Notes under the pieces: generated by a model
The model's input: the letters and a program-made list of their open reading frames with translations, nothing else
Database searches by the model: none
Told to the model about the DNA's origin: nothing
Position numbers and translations under genes: made by a program
Assembly (NCBI RefSeq): GCF_009914755.1
Contig: NC_060931.1
DNA length: 64,000 nucleotides
Origin: the human T2T-CHM13v2.0 reference genome, Homo sapiens
Reading direction: 5' to 3' (one strand)
Shown here: positions 13,531 to 25,246 of the stretch, in pieces
Numbering within the stretch: the stretch's first letter is position 1
Layout: every line of letters starts with the position of its first letter

Positions 13531-14000
13531 AGTTGGATATGAGTTCTAAATTTCTTTTCAAAGAATTAATATGTCAGTATGTTCAATTCTTTACCTTCTA
13601 CTTTTAAACTTCCTCATAAAGCAACCTTTTCCAATTAACCTACTCCACCCTGACTCAATCCAATCACCTGCTCCACCCTAACTCATTCCGATTACCTGCT
13701 ATCTGCTCTGCCCTGATTCCCACCAAAGCACTCACCTCATCATTCTCTTTAGCCAATCGGAATTAGTTTAGCCTGTGCTTCTAACCCTAGCCAATAGGGG
13801 AACAACACAGCAAGCAGCAGGGGCCATGTGCATCAGGGATAAGAACCCATTCCCCTCCCTTGTCCAGGTGTGCGCTCACCATTGCTCCATCTGTAAGAGC
13901 GCACCCTTCTATAGAAGTATATTGCCTTGCTGAGAATTAAAAAGAAAATTTTATATTCGAGTGCTATTTCTTTTGCAGCACCGAATCTTTATATATAACA
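13531..14000 (+). mobile_element. LTR10F-like 5' LTR of inner HERV-IP
   Basis: AGTTGGATATGAG (mutated TG start)...ATATATAACA. AP-1 at 13651-13657. Confidence 0.85.
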
Positions 14001-14409
14001 ATTTGGAGACTTGCCCTTGATTACATTCCCCTCCGGGGGTGGTCTCTGGTTCTCTCTCGTGAGGAGGTGCACCCTGTCCCCTTTGGTGGCCTCAGGAGTG
14101 AGAAATCAAGACCCACCCAATGCAAGGAATAGCCTGAGCTCTCAGCAACATGGAAAAAAGAAAAAAAAACTGGCCAGCAACCTAGCTTAAAGGATCCTCA
14201 CATACTGCGGTGATGACTCTGTGCACAGACCAAGGAAGGAGAAGCCATGGGAGCCAGTAAAGTATTTCCTGGGTCAGAACCAAGGTAAAAAAGCCGTGGG
14301 GGTGGGGTGTGGTGAAGTACTCCTTGGTCGGGGTGGCTTAGAGGTTAAAAAGAGGCAAGACATCCCCACTGGGGGGGATTGAACCTCACATAAACCTCCA
14401 GTAGTAGAA

Positions 14410-14783
14410 AAGGCAAGAAATTTCCAGTGGGGGAAATTGAGCCTCACCCTAAAAGGCAAGAAACTTCCGATGGGGAAATTGAGTCTCACCCCAAAAGGCA
14501 AGAAATTTCCAGTGGGGAAATTGAGCCCCACCCCAAAAGGCAAGAAATTTTCAGTGGGGAAATTGAGCCTCACCCCTAAAGGCAAGAAATTTCCAGTGGG
14601 GAAATTGAGCCTCACCCCAAAAGGCAAGAAATTTCCAGTGGGGAAATTGAGCTTCACCCCATAAGGCAAGAAATTTATAGTGGGGAGATCGAGCCTCACC
14701 CCATAAGGCAAGAAATTTCCAGTGGGGAAATCAAGCCTCACCCCAAAAAAACAAAGAAATTTCCAGTAAGGGAAATTGAACCT
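14410..14783 (+). repeat. 42-bp leader tandem repeat, 8 full + 1 partial copies
   Basis: Units start at 14410, 14453, 14495, 14537, 14579, 14621, 14663, 14705 and ~14747. Confidence 0.95.
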
Positions 14784-14808
14784 TGAACCTTACCCCAAAA
14801 CCAACAAG

Positions 14809-15716
14809 ATGGGAAATACCCCAAGCAAGACAGGGAGCAAGGGGAATAAGATGGTAACAAAGATATCCCCCCGGATAGCCCCCTAGGTCTCATGCTAAAA
14901 CTGGAAGGATAATGAAAGGACTAAACATAGGAAAAAGCAACAAATGATAAAATATTTCTGTTTTATTTGGACTCAGGGACCCATCCTCAAACCCTCAATC
15001 TTCTGGCCAAAGTTTGTGTCGAATGAGGATGTAATGTGTCAGCTTCTAATCGGATATGTTAAAGGTCCAGTGTCTCAAGAAGGACTAGGCTATGCCCTTC
15101 GTTGGAGGCAAGGACTTGCCCTCCTTTTTCCCTTAAAAACAAATAGGGAAGAACCCAATCTGGCACCTCAAAATGAAAAGTCAGAGGAGCTAGTTCTCAT
15201 GCCTAAAAATTCCAGCACATGGAATCCCCTAGACTATCTTCCCCTGTTCAGTGTCCCCAGTCTTTCCCCTCAGACAGCCAGTGCTGCCTCAGATCCCGTT
15301 CCAAAGTCCTTCTCTACTCACATTATCCCTCCTCCTTATAACCCTGACTCTTGGGAATTACCATCCCAACAGCCTGTTCCCTCTCAGCCTAAATACCCCT
15401 CTCTAAAAGGACTCCAGCGTGAGATAGAACAATGTAAAAAAGGATATTCAGAATTTCCCATTTCCCTCTGTACCTAAGGGGTCAGCCCCGACGCTCTTTC
15501 CTTTGAAAGAGTTACCACAAGGAGGGGGGGCCATTGGCTTTGTAAATGCTCCCTTAACCAGTTCAGAAGTCCAGAATTTTAAAAAGGAGCTTAAACTGCT
15601 ACTAGATGACCCTTACAGAGTGGCAGACCATATTGACCAATTCTTAGAACCTCAGTTGTACACTTGTGTCGAGTTAATGTCCATCTTGGGCATCCTCTTT
15701 TCAGGGGAAGAAAGAG
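14809..15716 (+). pseudogene. gag: gag remnant (inner HERV-IP), truncated in capsid
   Basis: ATG GGA AAT ACC CCA at 14809. PPPY late motif (IIPPPYNP) in ORF 14944-15477. Frameshifts, and homology to the outer gag ends after FSGEER. Confidence 0.85.
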
Positions 15717-18069
15717 TAGCTCCGCTCCTGCCAGTCCCTCCCCAGGGGAAGGGGAAGGAGAGGAGAGAACAGCAGTGTAAGTGGCTGGCAGAGGCAGGGA
15801 AAGAACAGCAGAGAGGAAAGGTGGGGGGGGGGGGGGGTGGAGAGAGAGGGCAAAGAGAGGCAGAGAGAGAGGAAGAGACAGGCAAAGAGGGAGTCAGAGA
15901 GAGAGAAAGAAAGGCAGAGAGAGACAGGAAGAGACACAGACAAAGAGGGAGTCAAAGAGAAAGAGAGACAATGCCAGAGAGAGAGAGAGAAGTAGTAAAG
16001 AGAAAACAGTGTACCCTATTCCTTTAAAAGCCAGGTAAATTTAAAACCTATAATTGATAATTGAAGGTCTTCTCCATGACCCCATAACACTCCAATACCA
16101 CCTTGTTGTCAGTGTAAACAAGGGCATAGCTCAAAAGCACTGAGGCCACTGACAACCCATAGCTTTCCTATAAAAAATCCTTAACTCAGTAGTGGGTGGC
16201 TCAAATGCATTTAATCTGTAGCGGCAATTGCTTTCCTAAGAGAAGAAAGTAGAAAAATAGCTTTTAGAGGAAACCTCGTTGTGAGCACACCTCACCAGTT
16301 CAGAACTATCCTAAGTAAAAAAAGAAAACAAAGGTAGCTTACTAACTCAAAAATCTTAAAATATGGGGCTATTCTGTTAGAAAAAGATGATTTAACATTA
16401 ACCACTGATAATTCCCTTAACCCAGCAAGTTTCTTAACAGGGGATCTAAATCTTAATGACCATACAAAGCCTTGACCAGACCTAGGAGGAACTCCCTTCA
16501 GGACAGGATGATAGGTGGTTCCTCCCAGGTGATTGAGGGAAAAAGACACAATAGGTATTCAGTAATTGATAGGGAAACTCTTGTAAAAGCAGAGTTAGGG
16601 AAATTGCCTAATAATTGGTCTGCTCAAACGTGTGAGCTGTTTGCACTCAGCCAAGACTTAAAGTACTTACAGAATCAGGAAGGAGCCATCTATACCAATT
16701 CTAAGTTAATTTGGACTGAACAAGGTCTTATTAATAGCAAAGAATAATTGAAATCCCAAACTTACAAGGTTTTTAACAAAAGTAAAATGTGCTAAAAGTT
16801 AACAGTGTAAGTGTACTATCCTAACTTATAATCTTGTGGCCTCAGGCAGTCTAGTCCACAGACATGAAAGAAGTTCACTTTGGAAAAGAATGGTTGTCAT
16901 CTTTGAAAAAAAAATAAGCAGGGGGAGGGGGAGGATAATTTATGTTCAAAGAATGTTATATGATAAATTCTTGTCCTAAAATAAATTAACTGGTTGTTTA
17001 AAGAAAGGGATGTTTGCAACAAGTCAGAAAGTTGAGGCATGTTGAAGAATTGTCTGTGAAAGTCGTGGAAAAAAAAAATGTTATAAAAGGGAATTTATGC
17101 AAGGAGTGTTGTATAATTTAAAAGTAATTAGGCCTCCTGAATGTAAAACTATTGAAGAAACAGTTTATGTGCAAGGTGTATAAGGAAAGTAAAATATACC
17201 TTTGGTAAAAGGATTATAAGGAAGCATAAGAATGTGGATTTTTACCTACATTAAAAGGTTAAATAAATAAATAAATATTTTCTTTTAAGGGTTTAAGCAA
17301 CTTTTGAAATGTTAATTGTAAAAGAAATTCTGTGTGTAAACATACTGGCTAAAGTTAAAAGGGTATCATCCAGTTTTTCTGTGAACTGGACCTTAAAAGC
17401 ACAACAGGTTTTTCTAAAAGCACTAACCTGCTCTTTAACAAAAATTATAAAAGGTTAAAAAGTTTATAAAAATCTTATGGTCAGACATTAAAAATTGAAT
17501 AAATATGTCTACAAAGTTTTATGAAAACTAAATTTAACATTAATAACACACTAATATAAAGGTGAAATTTAGCTTATCTGGTATAAAATCACACAGGAAG
17601 CACTGTCAAACATAAAATGGTGTTTGGCTTTCTTTGGTCTAAAAACTAATAAAAATAGGTGCTAAAGGAAATTTCTCAGTAAGAAGACACCAAGGACTAT
17701 AAAGCCCACTGCTGATGTCCCCACATTTAAGACAAAAGATCAATTTCTTAGAAATTATATACTTGGTTTATCTTCCACTTTCCTTTCCCTCAAAACTAAA
17801 AGTCTTTTAGCACAGGTACCACCCCTAGAATTTCCGGTAAACCAGCAACAGCCTGAAGATCACGGTCTCATCAAAGGGTGGAAAGAAGGAAAACTCCAGC
17901 CAGCCTGGGAAGGACCCCACCTTGTGCTGCTAACCACCAAGACTGCTATTCGTACAGTGAAAAAAGGATGGACTCATCACACCCGAGTCAAGAAAGTGCC
18001 ACCCCCTCCAGAGTCATAGGCCATAGTCCTTGGGGAAAACCCTACCAAACTAAAGCAAAGAAAAATTTA

Positions 18070-19787
18070 ATTCTTTTCATCTATTCTATTACTCTTTCAT
18101 CTTTCCTAGCTTTATTGCTGACCATCTAGTTATTAACATAACCAAGTCAATTTTGCCTCAAACTATTGTATTTAATGCTTGCCTTGTTATAACCTGTGGG
18201 GACTTGCCAAGTCAAAGACAGCTCTCTACTTCAGAAAAGTACCTCTGGCCCTCCTTACTCTCCTCAGACTGGGCATTAGTGAACTGGGACCATTTAATCG
18301 AGGGAGACTTTGATAAAGACCCCATTGTTAACCAGGATTGTTGCCCCCAATGTAGAGCTTTTACGCCATAGTTGATCCAATGTTCTGTGGACCACAAAAG
18401 AGCAAGGATGGACTGCCCCAACCAGTTTTTGTAATTTCCTAAAGCCATACATTCATTTTACTAAAGGATCATAGAAGTTAAAGACTTAAAACAAACTTTG
18501 GCAATTAAGACAGGATACCAAGATGCAAATGCCTGGTTGGAATGGATCAAATATTCCATCCACATGTTAAACAAAAGCAATTGTTATGCTTGTGCACATG
18601 GCAGGCCAGAGGCCCAGATTGTCCCCTTTCCACTAAGGTGGTCCTCCAGTCGACCAGGTGTGGGCTGCATGGTAGCTTTTTTCCGGGATTCTACAGCCTG
18701 GAGCAACAAGTCGTGCCAAGCGGTCTCTCTGCTATATCCCTTAGTCCAGCACCCTGCGGGTCAGCCCCCAAGGGCCATTCAGCTTCCATCTCCCAACACT
18801 AAGTTTACTTCATGTCTCTCACGAAAGGGAGGAAACTTAGTGTTCCTTGGAGACCTGAAGGGATGCAGTGAGCTTAAGAATTTTCAAGAGTTTATCAATC
18901 AATCAGTCTTTGTTCATCCCCGAGCAGATGTGTGGTGGTATTGTGGTGGATCTTTACTGGACACTCTGCCAAATAACTGGAGTGGCCCTTGTGCTTTAGT
19001 CCAGTTGGCTATCCCTTTCACCCTGGCATTTCATCAACCAGAGGGAGGAAAAATAAGACATCATAAAGCGAGAGAAACCCTTTACGGGTCTTTTGACTCT
19101 CATGTCTATTTAGACACAATTAGAGTCCCACAGGGAATACCAGATCAATTTAAAGCCCAAAATCAAATAGCTGCAGGATTTGAGTCAATATTTTTGGTAG
19201 GTGACAATTAATAAAAATGTAGATTGGATAAACTATATCTATTACAACCAACAGCAATTTATTAACTACAGTAGAGATGCTGTTAAAGGAATAGCTGAAC
19301 AATTACGGGCTACCAGCCAGATGGCTTGGGAAAATAGGATACCCTTAGACATGATATTTGCAGAAAGAGGAGGGGTTTGTGTCATCATTAAAACTCAATG
19401 TTGTACCTTCATCCCAAACAACACCACCCCTGATGGAAGTATAACAAAGGCATTGCAAGGTCTGATTGCTCTGCCCAATGAGTTAGCCAGCAACTCAGGG
19501 GTAAATGACCCCTTTACAGGATGGCTAGAAAAGTAGTTCAGTAAATGGAAAGGAATAATAGCCTCAATTCTTACTTCCCTCGCAGCCGTAATAGGTGTAT
19601 TTATTCTTGTTGGGTGCCGTGTCATACCATGCATCCTGGGTTGGTGCAGAGGCTCATAAAAATATCACTTACTAAAACCTCCCTTCACTATCCTCCACCT
19701 TATCCAGAGAAGCTGCTTCTTTTGGAAAATCAAGCAAAACAACTAAGCCAGGACATGTTAAAAAAACTTTTGAAAAGAAAGCTGTAA
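18070..19787 (+). pseudogene. env: env remnant (inner HERV-IP)
   Basis: SU CXXC (CYAC), immunosuppressive domain (WENRIPLDMIFAERGG), CX6CC (CVIIKTQCC). Disrupted by stops/frameshifts and a ~280-bp SU deletion relative to the outer copy. Confidence 0.88.
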
Positions 19788-19807
19788 AGAAATACAAGGG
19801 AAGGGGT

Positions 19808-20250
19808 TGTTATATATGAGTTCTAAATTTCTTTTGAAAGAATATGTCAGTATGTTCAATTCTTTGCCTTCTACTTTTAAACTTAACTTCCTTGTAAAGC
19901 AACATTTTTGATTACCTTCTCAATCCTGACTCATTCCGATTACCTGCTACCTGCTCTGCCCTGACTCCCGCCAAAGCACTCACCCCGCCATTCTCTTTAA
20001 ATTAGCCAGTCGGAATTAGTTTATCCTGTGTGGCCTAACCCTAGCCAATAGGGGAACGACACAGCAGCAGGGGCCACGTGCATCAGGGATTAAAAACCCC
20101 TTCCCCTCCCTTGGCCAGGTGTGTGCTCACCATTGCTCCATCTGTAAGGCGCAGCCTGCTATAGAAGTAACTTGCCTTGCTGAGAATTAAAAAGAAAATT
20201 TTATATTCAATTGCTATTCCTTTTGCGGCACCGAAAGTTTATATATAACA
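19808..20250 (+). mobile_element. LTR10F-like 3' LTR of inner HERV-IP
   Basis: Follows the PPT and shares diagnostic features with 13531-14000. Confidence 0.88.
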
Positions 20251-21353
20251 ATAGGGAAACTCTTGTAGAAGCAGAGTTAGGGAAATTGCCTAATAATTGG
20301 TCTACTCAAACGTGTGAGCTCTTTGCACTCAGCCAAGCCTTAAAGTACTTAGAGAACCAGGAAGGAACCATCTATACCAATTCTAAGTTAATTTGGACTA
20401 AACAAGGTCTTATTAATAGCAAAGGATAATGGAAATCCCAAACTTACAAGGTTTTCAACAAAAGTAAAATTTGCTAAAAGTTAACAGTGTAACATGTATT
20501 ATCCTAACTTCTAATCTCGTGGCCTTAGGCAGTCTAGTCCACAGACATGAAGGAAGTTCGCTTTGGAGAAGAATGGAAAAAAAAGGGGATGGGGGGGAAG
20601 AATTTATATAAAATGAATGTTACATGGTAAATTCTTGTCCTAAAATAAGTTAACTGGTTGTTTAAAGAAAGGGATGTTTGCAACAAGTCAGAAAGTTGAG
20701 GCATGTTGAAGATTGTGAAAGTCATGAAAAAAAAAGTTATAAAAGAGAATTTATGCAAGAGATATTGTATAATGTACAAGTAATTAGGCCTCCTGAATGT
20801 AAAACTATTGAAGAAACAGTTTATGTGCAAGGTGTGCAAGGAAAGTAAAATACACTTTTGGTAAAAGGATTATAAGGAGGCATAAGAATGTGGATTTTTA
20901 CCTACATTAAAAGGTTTAAAAATTTGTTTTAAAGGCTTAAGCAAGCTTTAAAATGTTAATTGTAAAAGAAATTCTGTGTGTAAACATACTGGCTAAAGTA
21001 AAAGGGGTATCATCCAATCTTTCTGTGAACTGGACATTAAAATAAAAGCACAACAGGTTTTTCTAAAAGCACTAACCTGCTCTTTAACAAAAATTATAAA
21101 ATGTGAAAAAGAGTCTATAAAAATCTTACCTTATGGTGAGACATTAAAATTAGATAAATATGTCTACAAGGTTTTATTAAAATTTAGTTTAACATTAATA
21201 ACACACTAATATCAAGGTGAAATTTAGCTTTTCTGGTATAAAATCATACAGGAAGCATTGTCAAATATGAAATGGTGTTTGGCTTTCTTTGGTCTAAAAA
21301 CTAATAAAAATAGGTGCTAAAGGAAATTTCTCAATAAGAAGGCACCAAGGACT

Positions 21354-21700
21354 ATGAAGTCCACTGCTGATGTCCCCACATTTAAGACAAAAGATCAATT
21401 TCTTAGAAATTATATACTTGGTTTATCTTCCACTTTCCTTTCCCTCAAAACTAAGTCTTTTAGCACAGGTCCACCCCTAGAATTTCCAGTAAACCAGCAC
21501 CCGCCTGAGGATCACCTTCTCATCAAAGGGTGGAAAGAAGGAAAACTCGAGCGAGCCTGGGAAGGACCCTACCTTGTGCTGCTAACCATTGAGACTGCTG
21601 TTTGTACAGCAAAAAGGGTAAGGACTCATCACACCTGAGTCAAGAAAGCGCTGCCCCCTCCAGAGTTGTGGGCCATAGTCCTAGGGGAAAACCCTACCAA
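21354..21700 (+). pseudogene. pol: Integrase C-terminal remnant (outer HERV-IP pol)
   Basis: WEGPYLVLLT...RTHHT motif typical of the gammaretroviral IN C-terminus. Homologous copy at ~17700-18060. Confidence 0.75.
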
Positions 21701-21724
21701 CTAAAGCCAAGGAAAATTTAACCC

Positions 21725-23704
21725 TCTTTCACCTATTCTATTACTCTTTCTTCTTTCCTCACTCTATTGCTGAACATCTAGTTTTTAACATAACCAAGTC
21801 AATTTTGCCTCAAACTATTGCATTTAATGCTTGCCTTGTTATACCCTGTGGGGACTTGCCAAGTCAAAGACAGCTCTCTACTTCAGAAAAGTACCTTTGT
21901 TCCTCCTGACTCTCCTCAGACTGGGCATTAGTGAATTGGGACCATTTAATCTGGGAAGATTTCAATAAAGACCCCAGTGTCAGCCAGGAGTCTTGCCCCA
22001 TCCGAGGTGGAGCTTTTATGCCGTAGTTGGTCCTACATTCTGTGGACCACTAAAGAGCAAGAATGGACTGCCCCAACCGGTTTTTGTAATTTCCTAAAAC
22101 CATACATTTATTTTACCAGAGGGACAGCCCTTCACTAACTGTCAGCTAAACCAGTGCAATCCTACACAGGTTATTATCTCAAACCCTCGAAGTTCTTCCC
22201 CTTTTCTAAGCCAGTTTCCTTCTTTAAGCTGGTTTTATGGTATGGGGGCTGAGGTTTCAGGGACAGACCCTATTGGATTCCTTGAAATGCATTTCTTTGA
22301 TCCACTGCTGCCTGCACCTTCCTCTAAGCCTTTTTCCAAAACGTCTCGCAATGGAACAACTGTTCCTCCTCCATCTAATGACAAGACCAAGATAGCTATT
22401 GTAGAAGTTAAAGACTTAAACTTTGGCAATTAAGACAGAATACCAAGATGCAAATGCCTGGTTGGAATGGATCAAATATTCCATCCACACGTTAAACAAA
22501 AGCAATTGTTATGCTTGTGCACATGGCAGGCCAGAGGCCCAGATTGTCCCCTTTCCACTAGGGTGGTCCTCCAGTCGACTGGGCGAGGGCTGCACGGTAG
22601 GTCTTTTCCAGGATTCTACAGCCTGGAGTAGTAAGTCGTGCCAAGCTCTCTCTCTGCTATATCCCGAAGTCCGGCACCCTGTATGTCGGCCCCCAAGTGC
22701 CAACCAGCTTCCATCTCCCAACACTAAGTTTACTTCATGTTTCTCACGACAGGGAGGAAACTCAGCATTCCTTGGAGACCTGAAGGGATGCAGTGAGTTT
22801 AAGAATTTTCAAGAGCTTATCAGTCAGCCCTTGTTCATCCCTGAGTGGAGGTGTGGTGGTATTGTGGTGGACCTTTACTGGGCACTCTGCCAAATAATTG
22901 GAGTGTCACTTGTGCTTTAGTCCAATTGGCTATCCCTTTCACCCTGGCATTTCATCAACCAGAGGGAGGAAAAATAAGACATGGTAAAGTGAGAGAAAAC
23001 CCTTATGGGTCTTTCAACTCTCACATCCATTTAAATGCAATTGGAGTCCCTTGGGGAATATCAGATCAATTTAAAGCCCAAAATCAAACAGCTACAGGAT
23101 TTGAGTCAATATTTTGGTGGGTGACCATAAAAATGTAGATTGGATAACCTACATCTACTACAACCAACAATGATTTATTAACTATGGTAGAGATGCTGTT
23201 AAAGGAATAGCTGAGCAATTACGGGCTACCAGCCAGATGGCTTGGGAAAACAGAATAGCCTTAGACATGATATTAACAGAAAGAGGAGGAGTTTGTGTCA
23301 TGATTAAAACTCAATGTTGTACCTTCATCCCAAACAACACCACCCCTGATGGAACTATAACAAAGCCATTGCAAGGTCTGACTGCTCTGTCCAGTGAGTT
23401 AGCCAACAACTCAGGGGTAAATGACTCCTTTACAGGATGGCTAGAAAGGTGGTTCGGTAAATGGAAAACAATAATAGCCTCAATTCTTACTTCCCTCGCA
23501 GCCGTAATAGTTGTACTTATTCTTGTCAGGTGCTGTGTCACACCATGCATCAGTGGGTTGGTGCAGAGGCTCATAAAAATGGTACTTACTAAATCCTCCC
23601 TTCACTATCCTCTGCCTTATCCAGAGAAGGTTCTTCTTTTGGAAAATCAAGCAGAACAACTAAGCCAAGGCATGTTAAAGAAGTTTGAAGAGAAAGAGCT
23701 GTAA
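21725..23704 (+). pseudogene. env: env remnant (outer HERV-IP)
   Basis: CYAC, ISD WENRIALDMILTERGG, CVMIKTQCC, and a TM anchor (IIASILTSLAAVIVVLILV). Frameshifted upstream. Confidence 0.88.
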
Positions 23705-23724
23705 GGAAATGCAAGAGGAGGGAA

Positions 23725-24171
23725 TGTTAGATATGAGTTCTAAATTTCTCTTCAAAGAATCAATATGCCAGTATGTTTAATTCTTTGCCTTTGACTTTTA
23801 AACTTAACTTCTTCATAAAACAACCTTTTTTGATTACCTGCTCCACCCTGACTCATTCCGATTTCCTGCTCTGCCATAACCATTTTTCCCACTAACCCGC
23901 TCGCCCTGTCACTCTCTTTAAATTAGCCAATCGGAATTAGTTTACCCTGTGCGGTCTAACCCTAGCCAATAGGGGAACGACACAGCAGCAGGGGCCACAT
24001 ATGTCAGGGATAAGAACCCCTTCCCCTCCCTTGTCCAGGTGTGCATTCACCATTGCTCCATCTGTAAGGGTGAACCCTTCTACAGAAGTACGGTGTCTTG
24101 CTGAGAATTAAAAAGAAAACTTTATATTCGAGTGCTATTTCTTTTGTGGCACTGAAACTTTACTTATAACA
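23725..24171 (+). mobile_element. LTR10F-like 3' LTR of outer HERV-IP
   Basis: Shares ttcctgctctgccataaccattttt and a tttactta(a/t)aaca end with 10480-10927. Confidence 0.88.
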
Positions 24172-24786
24172 AGTCCCTGTCCTAAGCAGGCAGCATTGGA
24201 AAGAAAGCTCTTAACCTGCTCAGTAATGCAAAATCGGCAAGGCAATCAGGTGTATGTTTATAAAAAGATAAGAAAAAAGGCATTAGAAGCTGAAACCGCA
24301 TGGCCAAGCAGGCAGTGGGTGGAAGAAAATGCTCAGCGGCAGAAAAGTTCTCAGTGATCAAGCTGACAAGGTCCATCCAGGCCGGCAGCATCCCCCCAGC
24401 AAAGGAAGGAGGGAGCGGGGCAGACACAGGCAAAGCCTAAGCAAGTACAACATGGCTGCCACCCAGGACCTGCACCGCTGCCCTCTGGCTCTGTGGGCAG
24501 CCCATAGCAAAATTTCATGTGTTATGTCCCAGGCTATGATTCTCTACTAAGATTTAAGTAAAATGTAAGAATTTGAAAAGCCTCTTTTCTAATAATGGCC
24601 ACTATTGTTATCTCTCTCCTACCCCTGATGTAGCTTTCCAAATTCAAATTAAATATAACAGTAACCTCTGAAGGGAGAGAGATTACAGAGGGCCCATGAA
24701 TTAAAGAGTAATTAAAAGCTAGGCATGTAAAACCACACATTACCCTTTAAAGGAGAACTGTAAACCTAATTAAATGATATTTGTTA

Positions 24787-25246
24787 TAAGGGAGGAGACC
24801 ACCCCTCATATTGTCTTATGCCCAATTTCTTCCTCCAAAGAAAGAAGAAGTAAAAACTAAAAGGCAGAAATGAAATCCACAGGCAGACAGCCCGGCGCCA
24901 CACCCTGGGCTTGGTAGTTAAAGATCGACCCCTGACCTAATTGGTTATGTTATCTACAGATTCCAGACATTGTATAGAATAGCACTGTGAAATCCCTGTC
25001 CTGTTCTGCTCCGTTCTAATTACCGGTGCATGCACCCCAAGTCACGTACCCCCTGCTTGCTCAATCGATCAAGACCCTCTCAAACGGACCCCCTTAGAGT
25101 TGTAAGCCCTTAAGAGGGACAGGAATTGCTCACTCGGGGAGCTCGGTTTTTGAGACGTGAGTCTTGCCAATGCTCCTGGCTGAATAAAGCCCTTCCTTCT
25201 TTAACTCGGCGTCTGAGGGGTTTTGTCTGCAGCTCATCCTGCTACA
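24787..25246 (+). mobile_element. Solo LTR2 (HERV-E/Harlequin family)
   Basis: TAAGGGAGGAGACCACCCCTCATATTG...CCTGCTACA matches recalled LTR2. Exact 4-bp TSD GTTA, AATAAA at 25183-25188. Confidence 0.88.

Larger units (their letters stand above)
13531..20250 (+). mobile_element. Inner HERV-IP provirus nested in the outer HERV-IP
   Basis: LTRs 13531-14000 and 19808-20250. Exact 4-bp TSD ATAG (13527-13530, 20251-20254), degenerate Pro PBS at 14004, PPT at ~19796-19806. Confidence 0.9.
10480..24171 (+). mobile_element. Outer HERV-IP (HERVIP10F/FH-like) provirus with LTR10F-type LTRs
   Basis: Paired LTRs 10480-10927 and 23725-24171. TSD AGTG/AGTC (1 mismatch), Pro-type PBS, gag, fragmentary pol, env, and PPT aagaggaggga. 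Confidence 0.88.

Noticed and set aside
14274-14741. 155-aa repetitive minus-strand ORF (and 14437-14664 on plus)
   Set aside because: By-product of a stop-free 42-bp unit; no independent coding evidence.
14410-14783. Palindromic direct repeats resembling a CRISPR array
   Set aside because: Units are contiguous with no unique spacers, there are no cas genes, and the array lies in a retroviral leader in primate DNA.
10480-24171. Segmental tandem duplication as the explanation for two HERV-IP copies
   Set aside because: The ATAG TSD, the LTR pairing pattern (1+4, 2+3) and the different internal deletions show independent nested integration.
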